42,647 nucleotides of DNA from an uncultured Actinomycetes bacterium (GTDB lineage: Bacteria > Actinomycetota > Thermoleophilia > UBA2241), in the NCBI GenBank assembly GCA_963725665.1, contig CAVRZA010000007.1:1-42647 (forward strand), in the 5' to 3' direction. Positions within the stretch are counted from its first letter, which is position 1; each line of letters begins with the position of its first letter. Below the pieces are notes generated by a model. It ran no database searches. It saw only the letters and a program-made list of their open reading frames with translations, and was not told the DNA's origin. A program made the position numbers and the translations under genes. Below are positions 1 through 9,098 of this stretch, piece after piece.

Positions 1-709
1 TCAAGTCGTTCAGCTCGGCGGCGCGTTTCAAGGGGATGCGCTGCATGAAGATCTCGAAGAGCTTGGGGTCGTCGAGGATCGGCTGCGTGAGAGGCGTCCA
101 GAAGACGCAGGGCGCTATGCTGTTCACGTTGATCTTGTACTTCGCCCACTCCGTCGCCAGTTGCTTGGTCAACAGGTGCACGGCGCCCTTGGCCGGCACG
201 TAGGCGGCGTAGCCGCCCGGGTGACCCAGCTCCCCGCGCAAGGACCCGACGGTGATGATCTTGCCGCCGCCCTGCTTGATCATCTGCCGTCCCGCCGCCT
301 GGCAGCAGAGGAAGGTCCCCCTGACCAGGGAGTCCATCACCTTCTGCCACTCGTCGATGGGGAACTCCTCGGCGGGGTAGCGGTTGGTGACCCCCGAGCC
401 GGTGACGAGGATGTCGACGTGGCCGAGCTCCTCGATCGTCTGGGCGACCATCGCCGCGACGCTGGCCTCGTCGGTCGTGTCGCACGGGATCGCCCGCACC
501 TCGTGCTCCGACAGGGCGCGCAACTCGTCGGCGGCCCGATCGAGGTTCTCCGCGTTGCGGCTCGTAAGCACGACGTCGGCGCCGAAGGCGGCCAGTCCTC
601 TCGCCGCCGCGCCGCCGAAGGCGCCCGAGCCCCCGGTGACGATGGCCACCTTGCCGGTCAGGTCGAACATGTTGCGGATCTGCTCAAGACTCCAGGTCTC
701 TTGCGCCAT
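1..709 (-). CDS. SDR family NAD(P)-dependent oxidoreductase, 3'-truncated by the window edge; candidate phloroglucinol reductase-like
   Basis: Not in the ORF track; translated by hand from ATG at 709 (SD AAGGGGAG): MAQETWSLEQIRNMFDLTGKVAIVTGGSGAFGG... It has the TGxxxxxG motif, catalytic YVPAK (YxxxK) and INVNSIAP. The frame is open to the window end. Confidence 0.9.
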   Translation of the reverse strand, partial: MAQETWSLEQIRNMFDLTGKVAIVTGGSGAFGGAAARGLAAFGADVVLTSRNAENLDRAADELRALSEHEVRAIPCDTTDEASVAAMVAQTIEELGHVDILVTGSGVTNRYPAEEFPIDEWQKVMDSLVRGTFLCCQAAGRQMIKQGGGKIITVGSLRGELGHPGGYAAYVPAKGAVHLLTKQLATEWAKYKINVNSIAPCVFWTPLTQPILDDPKLFEIFMQRIPLKRAAELNDL

Positions 710-793
710 CTGCTCCCCTTCCGAACCGTGCCTTTGCTCTCTCGACCGCCGACGGCGGTCGCGTTCTGTCGCCGATCAGGCGGCGAAGCCCCG

Positions 794-1570
794 TCACCGT
801 TCGCCGCCGCTCAGTACCGACTGGATCTCGTCACGCGTGCGCAGCAGCGCCGCGGCGACCTCGCGTTCTCTCGCCTCGAAGCGCGCCGCCGGCAAGACCA
901 CTCCGACGGCCGCCAGTGATCCCAGGGCGTCGTGGACCACCGTCGCGACCGCCGCGATCCCCACGGTGTGCTCCTCGCGGTCGTAGGCCACGCCCGTGGC
1001 ACGGACTAGATCGAGCTCCTCGTGCAGCACGCGGCGGTCAGTGATCGTCGCCGGAGTGTGCTTCGGCAGGCAGGACGGGACGAGGGCGTCGACCTCGTCG
1101 TCGCCCATGGCTGCAAGCAGGGCCTTGCCGTTCGCCGTGCAGTAGACGGGAAAGCGACCGCCGATCTCAGACACGATACGCAGCACGTTCTGCGAGGTGT
1201 ACTGGTCGATGAAGAGCACATCCTCGCCGTCGAGCACCCCGAGGTCGACCGTCTCATGCACCTCATGCGAGAGGCGCTCCAGGTAGGGCGCCGCCTCGTG
1301 ACGGAGCTCTCTCCGGCTGGCTACGGCGATGTGGATGAGAGCAGGGCCGATGCGCAGCTTGCCCGACGGCGACGCGAGCACGAAGCCCTCGTGACTCAGG
1401 GCCCGCACGATGCGGTGCGCGGTCGAGCGCGGCAGCTCGACGCGCGCCGCGAGCTCGGCAAGGGAGAGACCGCGCGGCGAGGCCGCGAGCTGGCGCAGCA
1501 CCTCCGACGCGCGGGCGATGACCTGCACACCCTCGCGGCGCCGGCCCGCGGCGTTGGGCGAAGCCGTCAT
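794..1570 (-). CDS. IclR family transcriptional regulator
   Basis: N-terminal HTH (GLSLAELAARVELPRSTAHRI), C-terminal CTANGKALLA and GVAYDREEHTVGIAAVA motifs. Start MTASPNAA chosen; the ORF extends to 1696. Confidence 0.93.
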   Translation of the reverse strand: MTASPNAAGRRREGVQVIARASEVLRQLAASPRGLSLAELAARVELPRSTAHRIVRALSHEGFVLASPSGKLRIGPALIHIAVASRRELRHEAAPYLERLSHEVHETVDLGVLDGEDVLFIDQYTSQNVLRIVSEIGGRFPVYCTANGKALLAAMGDDEVDALVPSCLPKHTPATITDRRVLHEELDLVRATGVAYDREEHTVGIAAVATVVHDALGSLAAVGVVLPAARFEAREREVAAALLRTRDEIQSVLSGGER

Positions 1571-1630
1571 CCGCAGTTGCGCCACGTCCCCTGACTCCCT
1601 CGTGGATCCCTCGCCGGACATCCCCGCGAA

Positions 1631-1666
1631 TACTGCATTGCGGAACTGCCCATCCGTGATGCAGGA
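1631..1666. promoter_or_regulatory. Paired 15-bp pseudo-palindromic boxes, putative IclR operator
   Basis: TACTGCATTGCGGAA (1631-1645) and ATCCGTGATGCAGGA (1652-1666), 21 bp apart, upstream of the iclR-SDR unit. The same architecture recurs at 5498/5519 and 12605/12626. Confidence 0.55.
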
Positions 1667-1765
1667 CATCATTGCAGCACACGAGGCGCGAATCAAGTAC
1701 GAGTCCGACCCTCGTCGTCGCGCCTGAACGCGGCTCGCCGAGGCACGCGCGGTGCGTGCCGAAGG

Positions 1766-2539
1766 CTAGATCCGCGCCGTCAGACCACCGTCGACGAACA
1801 GGATCTGGCCGGTGACGAAGGCGGACGCCGGCGACGCCAGAAAGAGCACCGGCCCGACGACGTCGCCCGCGTCCGCCCACCGCCCCATCGGGATGCTCGC
1901 GCGCAAGGTGGCGGCGAACTTCTCGTCGGCGAGCACGGCACGCGTGAGGTCGGTCTCGACGAACGTCGGCGCGACGGCGTTGACGCGCACACCGAACTCG
2001 GCCCACTGCGCCGCCAGCGAGCGAGTCAGCGAATCGACCGCGCCCTTGCTGGCCGAGTACTCGGTCTGCCCGAACGCGGCCCCGAAACGGCCGCGCACCG
2101 ACGAGAGATTGACGATCGCGCCGGAGCGCTGGCGGATCATCTGCTCCCCGAAGACGCGGCAGCAGACGAAGGTGCCGGTCGCGTTCACGTCGAGGATGCG
2201 CCGCCACTCTTCCAAGGTCACGTGCTCGGCGCGCTTGCGCACAGTGACGCCGGCGGCGTTGACGAGGATATCGACGCGCGCGAACGCCGAGACGACCTGC
2301 GCGCAGGCCGCCCGCACCGAGGCCTCATCCGTGATCTCGGCGGCCAAGCCCAGCGCCTGGACGCCGAGCTGGCGCGCCGCGTCGGCGGCCTCGACGGCGC
2401 GATCGCCGTCGAGGTCGGCCACGGCGACGTCGGCGCCGTGGCCGGCTAGGCCGACGGCGATCGCCCGGCCAAGGCCGCCCGCTCCGACGACGACGGCTCG
2501 CCTGCCGGTGATGTCGAACACGCTCACGGGCTGCTCCAC
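1766..2539 (-). CDS. SDR family oxidoreductase (gluconate 5-dehydrogenase/KduD-like)
   Basis: VVGAGGLGRAIA, ILVNAAG, NLSS, YSASK, VNAVAP and VTGQILFVDGG motifs. The GTG start at 2539 is inferred. Confidence 0.9.
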   Translation of the reverse strand: MEQPVSVFDITGRRAVVVGAGGLGRAIAVGLAGHGADVAVADLDGDRAVEAADAARQLGVQALGLAAEITDEASVRAACAQVVSAFARVDILVNAAGVTVRKRAEHVTLEEWRRILDVNATGTFVCCRVFGEQMIRQRSGAIVNLSSVRGRFGAAFGQTEYSASKGAVDSLTRSLAAQWAEFGVRVNAVAPTFVETDLTRAVLADEKFAATLRASIPMGRWADAGDVVGPVLFLASPASAFVTGQILFVDGGLTARI

Positions 2540-2844
2540 GTCTCCACGAGCGGCAATGATATCGGGAGACGAACGCAAACCAAGCTCATGGTCACCTTCG
2601 ACCGACCAGTTCGGGTAACAGGCGTCGCTGGTCGGCGACCCGCCGGCCCCGCCGGCCGCGGGCCGATCTGCCCGGTAGGGGCATGCCTGCACGAGCTGCC
2701 GTCCCTGGTGCCGCAGGGCATTTCGCGCTCGTCTCGAGCTTCGAGGACAAGAGTACCGCGACACACACGCCTGCCGTTGCGGTTCAAGGGATCACGAGCG
2801 ACCCGAGCCCGACCCCTCGCGACATGTCCCGATGGCTGCGGGAG

Positions 2845-3699
2845 CTAGGGAGTCGGCGCTCCGCTGCCGGCATACCCGACGAACTCCGAGAGCGACAAGG
2901 CGGTGGCCTTCACCGCATCGGCGCAGGCCTGTCGCTCCTCGGGACCGAAGCGGCCGGTGGGGACCACCACCCCCAGCGTGGCGATGACGTTACCCATCTG
3001 GTCGCGGACGGGCGCGACGACGGCACACGTGCCGATGTCGCGCTCTTCAAGGTCGAACGCCACACCCTCGTTTCGGACCTTCTCCAACTCGCGCGCGAGC
3101 TCGCGCGGATCCGTGATCGTCCTGGGCGTGCGTCGAGCGCGCGGCTGGTTGACGATGGCTTCCCGCTCGGCGTCCGACTTCGAGGCCGCAAACGTCTTGC
3201 CGTGGGCGTTCGCTGTGTCGCCGATGATGCGCCCGACCGCCACCTCGCGCTTGAGAGGGCGCGTCGAGGCGACCATGTCGACGCAGACCGCCACTCCGTC
3301 GACCTCGACCGCCAGCGTAGCCGACTCACCGGTGGTCTCGACCAGCGACTCGAGATAGGGACGCGCGATCGCTACGAGCTGGGCGTAGCCCTCGGACAGG
3401 TAGATCGCCGCCAGCAGGGCGGGACCCAGATGGTACCTGCCGGTCGCCGGATCGGTGACCAGGTAGCCCGCACCCTGCAGGGTGCGGGCCATGCGGTAGC
3501 CGGTCATGCGCGGCAAGCCCAGTCGCGCCACCATCTCGTCGAGGCTCCACTCGCGATGCTCGGCGTCGAAGAGGCCGAGCATCGCGAGCCCCTTGGCCAA
3601 CGCCCGGACCACGAACGGATCATCGCCGTCGACGCTGCCCGGCGCCGGCCCCACCGGCCCGCGTTTACGCTTGCTCCTGGATCGATCCCCTTTTGCCAT
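2845..3699 (-). CDS. IclR family transcriptional regulator
   Basis: VRALAKGLAMLGLF, HTH (WSLDEMVARLGLPRMTGYRM), TANAHGK and GVAFDLEERDIGTCAVVAPV motifs. Starts 14 nt after the AOR stop. Confidence 0.93.
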   Translation of the reverse strand: MAKGDRSRSKRKRGPVGPAPGSVDGDDPFVVRALAKGLAMLGLFDAEHREWSLDEMVARLGLPRMTGYRMARTLQGAGYLVTDPATGRYHLGPALLAAIYLSEGYAQLVAIARPYLESLVETTGESATLAVEVDGVAVCVDMVASTRPLKREVAVGRIIGDTANAHGKTFAASKSDAEREAIVNQPRARRTPRTITDPRELARELEKVRNEGVAFDLEERDIGTCAVVAPVRDQMGNVIATLGVVVPTGRFGPEERQACADAVKATALSLSEFVGYAGSGAPTP

Positions 3700-3713
3700 G
3701 ACGTCTCGATGTC

Positions 3714-5426
3714 CTACTCGGCGAACACGCTGTCGAGGTCTGCCTCGCTCACGTCGAAACGATTACCGCTGGGCGGCAGCGCCTCGTCGACCATGAAGTC
3801 CGGCAGCCGGTCGTCGGCCGCCGTGAAGCCGGCGCGGCGGTTGAACTCGCGCTCCTGCTTGACGATCTCAGTCCCGAGGTCGACCAGGTAGCTGTCCGGG
3901 ATCTCCTTGCCGGTGAGTGAGGCCACGGCCGAGAGCATGTGGCCTTGGAGCTCGGGCATGTCGAGCGGGGGCAGGCACGCGAACAGACACATGCCCAGCG
4001 AATCGATGGCAGCGAAGTAAGCCTGCAGGAACTGCGATACTTGCGCCTGCCCCCCGGACGAGCTGGGGTCGTAGGCAAGGTTGGCGGGGCTGGGCAGAGC
4101 GTTGCCCGCGGTGTGGTCCCCACCCTGAGGGCTGGTCGCGTAGGTGACCCCGGTGCCCTTGAGCACCCTCGGCTCCCAGGCGGCGATCCCCTGTCCTTTG
4201 ACGGCGGGTATGCGCTCGACTCCAAGAGCCGTGCCGGTCGCGACACAGCCGTTGGCGATGAGTTTCGCGTTCTCGTCGCCGGAGGTCAGCCGGCCGAGGA
4301 GCTCGTGCACGGCGGCTCCGTCACCCCAGGGAAGCAGACCGCCCTCCATGGCGACTCCCACAGCCGCTCCGATCTCGATGGTGTCGAGCCCGAGGTCGTC
4401 GCAGAGCCGGTCTATGCGCGCCAACTGCTCGATGTCGGTGATGGCGCAGTTCGAGCCCAGAAGTCCCAGGCTCTCGAACTCGAAGCCCGAAGTGATCTCG
4501 TTGCCGTCCTCGTCCGTGAACACCTGCGAGCAGTTGATCACGCAGCCAACCATGCAGCGGTGCTTGGCCTCGCTGTTTGGACGTGCTGCCATGAGCTCGA
4601 CCAGGCGCGCACCGTTGATGGACTCGGCGCTCTCGAACTCACCGGCGGAGAAGTTCCTGGTCGTCAAGCAGCCCATGCTGTTGGCGACGTCCACCAGGAA
4701 CGCCGAGCCCAAGGCCTCCAGCGCCCCAACGGCCGGATGCGAGCGGATGCCCTTCGTGAAGCTCGAGGCCGCGGCCTTCATGGCCGCCGGGTCGGCGGGC
4801 TTCACGCTCTCGCCGCGCGCGTCGTCGATGACCACAGCCTTGAGGTTCTTGGCGCCCATGACGGCGCCCAGGCCGCCGCGGGCTGCCGCACGCGGGCGGA
4901 AGTCCGGGCTGGTCACTGTGACCGAGGCTGCCTTGAGCTGCAGCTCGCCCGCCGGCCCGGCGCAGATGATGGACACGCCGTCGCCGTAGCGCTCTCGTAG
5001 TCTCTCGATGGTCTCACGGGTGCCGAGCCACTTCAGATCGTCGGCGGGAAGCACCGTGCCCCCGTCCGCCGTCACAGTGAGGAGGCAGAGCGAGTCGGAC
5101 CGACCCGTCACCTTGATGCCCCGCAGGTCCAGCATGGCCATCTTGCGAGCGGCCGCTCCGCCTGCGTTGGCCTCTTTGATGCCGCCGGTCAGCGGGCTCT
5201 TCGCCCCGACCGACAGCCGGCCGCTGTTGGGGAATGACGTTCCGGCGAGTATGCCCGCCGCGTATACCAGGACGTTGTCAGGACCAAGAGGATCCGCCTT
5301 GGCGTCGACCTCCCGAGCGACGATGGCAGACGAGAGGCCGTGACCGCCGAGCTTCTCGAGCTCTTCCGAAAGCGCCTGCCTGGTCACCGTGCCGTGGGTC
5401 AAGTCGACGCTCAGAAGGTCGGGCAT
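3714..5426 (-). CDS. aor: Aldehyde:ferredoxin oxidoreductase family (tungsten-bis-pterin) enzyme
   Basis: AKSPLTGGIKEANAGG, AARGGLGAVMGAKNLKAV, CMVGCVINC (Fe-S), EFESLG, DDLGLDTI, DSLGMC and DDRLP motifs, all typical of the AOR family. Confidence 0.93.
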   Translation of the reverse strand: MPDLLSVDLTHGTVTRQALSEELEKLGGHGLSSAIVAREVDAKADPLGPDNVLVYAAGILAGTSFPNSGRLSVGAKSPLTGGIKEANAGGAAARKMAMLDLRGIKVTGRSDSLCLLTVTADGGTVLPADDLKWLGTRETIERLRERYGDGVSIICAGPAGELQLKAASVTVTSPDFRPRAAARGGLGAVMGAKNLKAVVIDDARGESVKPADPAAMKAAASSFTKGIRSHPAVGALEALGSAFLVDVANSMGCLTTRNFSAGEFESAESINGARLVELMAARPNSEAKHRCMVGCVINCSQVFTDEDGNEITSGFEFESLGLLGSNCAITDIEQLARIDRLCDDLGLDTIEIGAAVGVAMEGGLLPWGDGAAVHELLGRLTSGDENAKLIANGCVATGTALGVERIPAVKGQGIAAWEPRVLKGTGVTYATSPQGGDHTAGNALPSPANLAYDPSSSGGQAQVSQFLQAYFAAIDSLGMCLFACLPPLDMPELQGHMLSAVASLTGKEIPDSYLVDLGTEIVKQEREFNRRAGFTAADDRLPDFMVDEALPPSGNRFDVSEADLDSVFAE

Positions 5427-5497
5427 CGTCCATCACATCCCTTCACGGAACTCTTGCAGGCTCTCAGTGCGTCGATCAGCCGACAAGGGCCTCGACG

Positions 5498-5533
5498 GTC
5501 GATAATGCAGCCCACATGGGTCGCAGTGCGCAC
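5498..5533. promoter_or_regulatory. Paired 15-bp boxes, putative IclR operator upstream of aor-iclR
   Basis: GTCGATAATGCAGCC (5498-5512) and GGTCGCAGTGCGCAC (5519-5533), 21-bp spacing. Confidence 0.45.
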
Positions 5534-5941
5534 GCTATGGTAGCAGGGTCGGTGGTATCAGGATATCGATTCTCGCCGACCATGTCGCTACCTACCCGTG
5601 TAGGTCGGCTGGCAGGTGAAGGTCCTCGGGAAGAAGTAGCCGCCGCACGACTTGCAGTGCTGGTCATGAGCGCCGTCTCCCGCTTCGGGAGTGAACACGC
5701 GCGTAGCCTCGTCTCCCACGCGGCGTACGTGCGCTTGAGGGACTCCTCGTTCAGGATCGGGGACAACACGTCGCGGTGCTGATGACGCATGTCGGCGGTG
5801 GCGGAGCGCACGGCAGGCCAGCTCCTGCGACTTCGCACCGGCGTGCGCGCGAGCGCGAGGCCGCGGAGGTACGCCGACGAGAGCGCCGGTGCAGCGGCTG
5901 CTGCGCGCCGCAGAGTTGGAGCGCGCGGGGCGCGGTCGGGC

Positions 5942-6736
5942 TCAGTCGAGCGACAGCCCGAAGAAGTCGCGCGGATTCGCCCAGCAGACCCGGTCGATCG
6001 TAGCCTTGTCGAGACCCATCAGGCGCATGGCGAGCATCACGCGCGGCACCATGAAGTAGTCGTTGCCCTGGCCGCCGAGCTCGGAGTTGATGAGGATCCG
6101 GTCACGCCCCTCGGGAGTGTCGATCACGAAGCGCGCCGCCACCTCGGGCGGCATCTTGTCCCAGCAGATGGAGAGGCCCACCATGCCGCCGGTGCCCATG
6201 CGGAAGGCGAGCGTCTCCTCGCCGGCGTGGTCGAAGACGCAGCGCTCTACCGGGAAGCCCTCCTCCTCGATGATCGTGAGGATCCTTGGTGTCACGGTCG
6301 GACCCTGCGGAGCCAGGCGGATCGGCGTGTGCAGGATCACCGGCAGGTCGTTGGCCTTGGCGAGGCGCAAGTGCTCGCGGAACAGGTCCTCCTCGAACTG
6401 CGTCGCGCAGTCGAGGCCGATCTCCCCCATGGCCACTACGCGTTCGTGCCCCAGGAAGTCGGGCAGCTTGGCGAGACACGTCTCGGCGTCGGCGTGGTTC
6501 ACGCCGAAGAAGGGCACCGAGAGAGAAGCGAAGGCCTCGAAGCCTAGCGTCTTGGCCGTGTTGACCTCCATGGTGAGGAAGCGCTCCCAGAGGAGCAGCA
6601 CGGTGTCGGCGTCGTGGGTGCCGAGGAACATGTGCGGACTGGGGATCACCGCCGCATCCATGCCCATCATGACCAGCTTCTGGAGCTGGACGTCCTCGAT
6701 CATGTCGGTGTGCAGATGGGAATCGATGAACCTCAC
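5942..6736 (-). CDS. TatD-related metal-dependent TIM-barrel hydrolase (COG1099/EboB-like)
   Basis: DSHLH, VAMGEIGLD, LPVILHTP, VFDH, ILINSE and NPRDFFG motifs. GTG start at 6736 with GGAGG SD. Confidence 0.85.
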   Translation of the reverse strand: MRFIDSHLHTDMIEDVQLQKLVMMGMDAAVIPSPHMFLGTHDADTVLLLWERFLTMEVNTAKTLGFEAFASLSVPFFGVNHADAETCLAKLPDFLGHERVVAMGEIGLDCATQFEEDLFREHLRLAKANDLPVILHTPIRLAPQGPTVTPRILTIIEEEGFPVERCVFDHAGEETLAFRMGTGGMVGLSICWDKMPPEVAARFVIDTPEGRDRILINSELGGQGNDYFMVPRVMLAMRLMGLDKATIDRVCWANPRDFFGLSLD

Positions 6737-6788
6737 GTGAAGCACCTCCCTCGACCGTAGCCTACGACACCCCGCCCGTGCGACCACC

Positions 6789-6842
6789 CGGCGCGAGCGC
6801 CGCCGACGCGCTGCCCCGTCGGCCAGGCGGCGCGAGCGCCGC
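6789..6842. repeat. 15-bp direct repeat of a self-complementary unit
   Basis: CGGCGCGAGCGCCGC at 6789-6803 and 6828-6842, in the decarboxylase/hydrolase intergenic region. Confidence 0.5.
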
Positions 6843-8277
6843 TACGACTCCTCGCTTCGTTCGGCGGCGCGTCGCCGTAGCTCGTCCCACAGGCCGCGCA
6901 CATGCTCTCGTTCGGTCGTCTGCGCGCCGACGGAGACGTGGATCATCTGCCTGCCCTTGAGCAGCGACGGCGTCAGGTAGTAGCGACCGCCACGGTTGAC
7001 GTCGGTCGCGATGGCCAGGTTGTGCGCCGCCAGCGCCGGCTCGTCGCCGCGCAGACGCTTCGGGCACGTGGCGCAGAGCAGACCGTCTGCAGGGGGACCG
7101 GCGCGAGGCGCTCCCAGTCGTGCTCTGCGTCGACCTGCTCCTTGAGCCACTGCGCATTGGCGACGTCGCGGCGCAACCGCGCCTGCAGCCCCTCCACCCC
7201 GTGCTCCCTGATGAGGAACCAGAGCTTGAGGGCGCGGAATCGCCGCCCGAGCGGGATGCCCCAGTCGCGCAGGTTGCGCGCCACGCCGTCCTGCGTCGTG
7301 CGCAGGTAGCTGGGGTCCGTGCTCATGACCCGCACGAGATGCTCGGAGTCGCGTACGTAGTAGGCGGAGAGGTCGAAGGCAGTGCCCAGCCACTTGTGCG
7401 GGTTGAACACCAGCGAGTCGGCCGCCTCGACGCCGCTCCACATCCAGCGGAACTCGGGACAGATCATCGCCGAGCCGGCAAGGGCGGCGTCGACGTGCAG
7501 CCACATGCCGTGGCGCCGGGCGACGTCGGCGACGTCGGCCACCGGATCGAGGGCGGTCGTGGCCGTCGTTCCTACGGTGGCCACGACCGCACACGGATGT
7601 CGACCCGCCTCGAGGTCGGCGGCCACGGCGGCCACGAGGAGGTCGACGCGCAGGGCATGCTCGTCGTCGGTCGCGACGAGACGGAGGTGGTCGCGACCGA
7701 AGCCGGCCAGCAGGGCGGCCTTGGGGATCGAGCTGTGGGCCTGGTCGGAGGCGTACACGACGAGCGGCGGCCCCTCGCCTTGCAGGCCGCCGCTCTCCTG
7801 ACCGAAGCCTGAGACCCGCTCGCGCGCGCACAGCAGGGCGCACAACGTGCAGGTGCTGGCCGTGTCCTGGATCACACCGCTGAACGTGTCGGGCAAGCCG
7901 ACCATCTGACGCAGCCACTCCATGACCACGTTCTCGACCTCGGTTGCGGCGGGGCTCGTCTGCCAGCTCATGCCCTGGCTGCCGAGGCCGGTCGAAACGA
8001 GGTCGGCGAGCACCGACGAGAGGTCCGCGTTGGAGGGGAAGTAGGCGAAGAAGCCGGGGTGGTTCCAGTGGGTGATCCCCGGCAACACCAGGCGTTCGAG
8101 GTCCGCGACGATCGTCTCGAACCCCTCACCTCGCGAGGGTGGCTCGGCGGCGAACAACGCTTCGAGATCCCCCGGCTCGACGCGGCTCATCACGGGGTAC
8201 TGCTCGATGCGCTCGCGGTAGGCGGCGATCCAATCGACCAGTTCGTGACCGAGACGGCGGAACTCCTCAGGGTCCAT
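6842..8277 (-). CDS. PLP-dependent aromatic L-amino acid (DOPA/tyrosine) decarboxylase family; two apparent +1 indels near 7050-7080
   Basis: MDPEEFRRLGHELVDWIA, PGITHWNHPGFFAYFP, SPAATEVE, WLHVDAALAG, FNPHKWL (PLP Lys) and IPLGRRFRALKLW motifs. Removing two single bases restores QTVCLRHVPEALRGDE...HVSVGAQTTEREHV to the stop at 6842. Confidence 0.9.
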
Positions 8278-8306
8278 CCCTGCCTCCCTTCGCGCCCGGT
8301 ACGGGG

Positions 8307-8969
8307 CTACTGCACCCAGGTCACCAGCTCGTCTAGGCCGGCGCGGGCGCGCTCGAACCGGTTGGTGGCCGCCTCGTAGTCGGGATAGCCTAGCGTCACG
8401 GCGACGACGAACCGCTTGCCGTCGCCCCCCGGCAGCAGCTCGCGCAGCAGCTCCGGGTAGCGCACGATGGTGGCCACGATACACGTGCCCAAGCCCCTGT
8501 CATAGGCGGCGAGACAGACGCTCTGCACAAGCGACCCGGTGTCGAAAGAGGCGTACTCGGGCGCCAGGCAGTCCTCGATGCCGAACACCAGCAGACAGGG
8601 AGCGCCAAAGAGGTTGGCCATACGCGCCAGCGCGGCCGCCGGGTCGGTCGCGAGGCCGGCTGCCGCAAGTGAGGCCGACCGGGCCTGCATCAGGCTGGCC
8701 GTCCTCAGCGAGCATGCCGCCGGCCAGTCGTTGGTAGGCACGAAGTCGGGGCTCGGCGGTTGGCCGTCGTCTACCGCGCTCTGGAAGCGCTCCTTGAAGC
8801 GCTCCAGCGCCCCGCCGGTGACGACCCAGATGCTCCACGCCTGCGTGTTGCGCCACGAGGGCGACCAGCGCGCCTCGTCGAGGATCTCCTCGATCAGCTC
8901 GCGCGCGACCGGTTCAGCGGTGTAGGCGCGGATGCTGCGCCGTCCGCGCAGCACCCTCTCGAACTCCAT
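8307..8969 (-). CDS. Nitroreductase family flavoprotein
   Basis: RRSIRAY, ARWSPSWRNTQAW, GLGTCI and VTLGYP motifs; GGAGG SD. Confidence 0.92.
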   Translation of the reverse strand: MEFERVLRGRRSIRAYTAEPVARELIEEILDEARWSPSWRNTQAWSIWVVTGGALERFKERFQSAVDDGQPPSPDFVPTNDWPAACSLRTASLMQARSASLAAAGLATDPAAALARMANLFGAPCLLVFGIEDCLAPEYASFDTGSLVQSVCLAAYDRGLGTCIVATIVRYPELLRELLPGGDGKRFVVAVTLGYPDYEAATNRFERARAGLDELVTWVQ

Positions 8970-9098
8970 CCGTCCTCCATGCGTCCACAGGCCGGCCGAC
9001 GCCGAGCGGGCGCCGGGTGCGCGGTGGCGCGTTGCACGGCGACGTCTTGCGCCGACGCCGCGAACGCACGCGGCCGCCCGACGACGCGCCGGCTCCGA

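Noticed and set aside
5476-5838. 120-aa ORF between aor and the hydrolase
   Set aside because: No recognisable motif or clear SD, and it overlaps the likely aor control region; I cannot support it as a gene.
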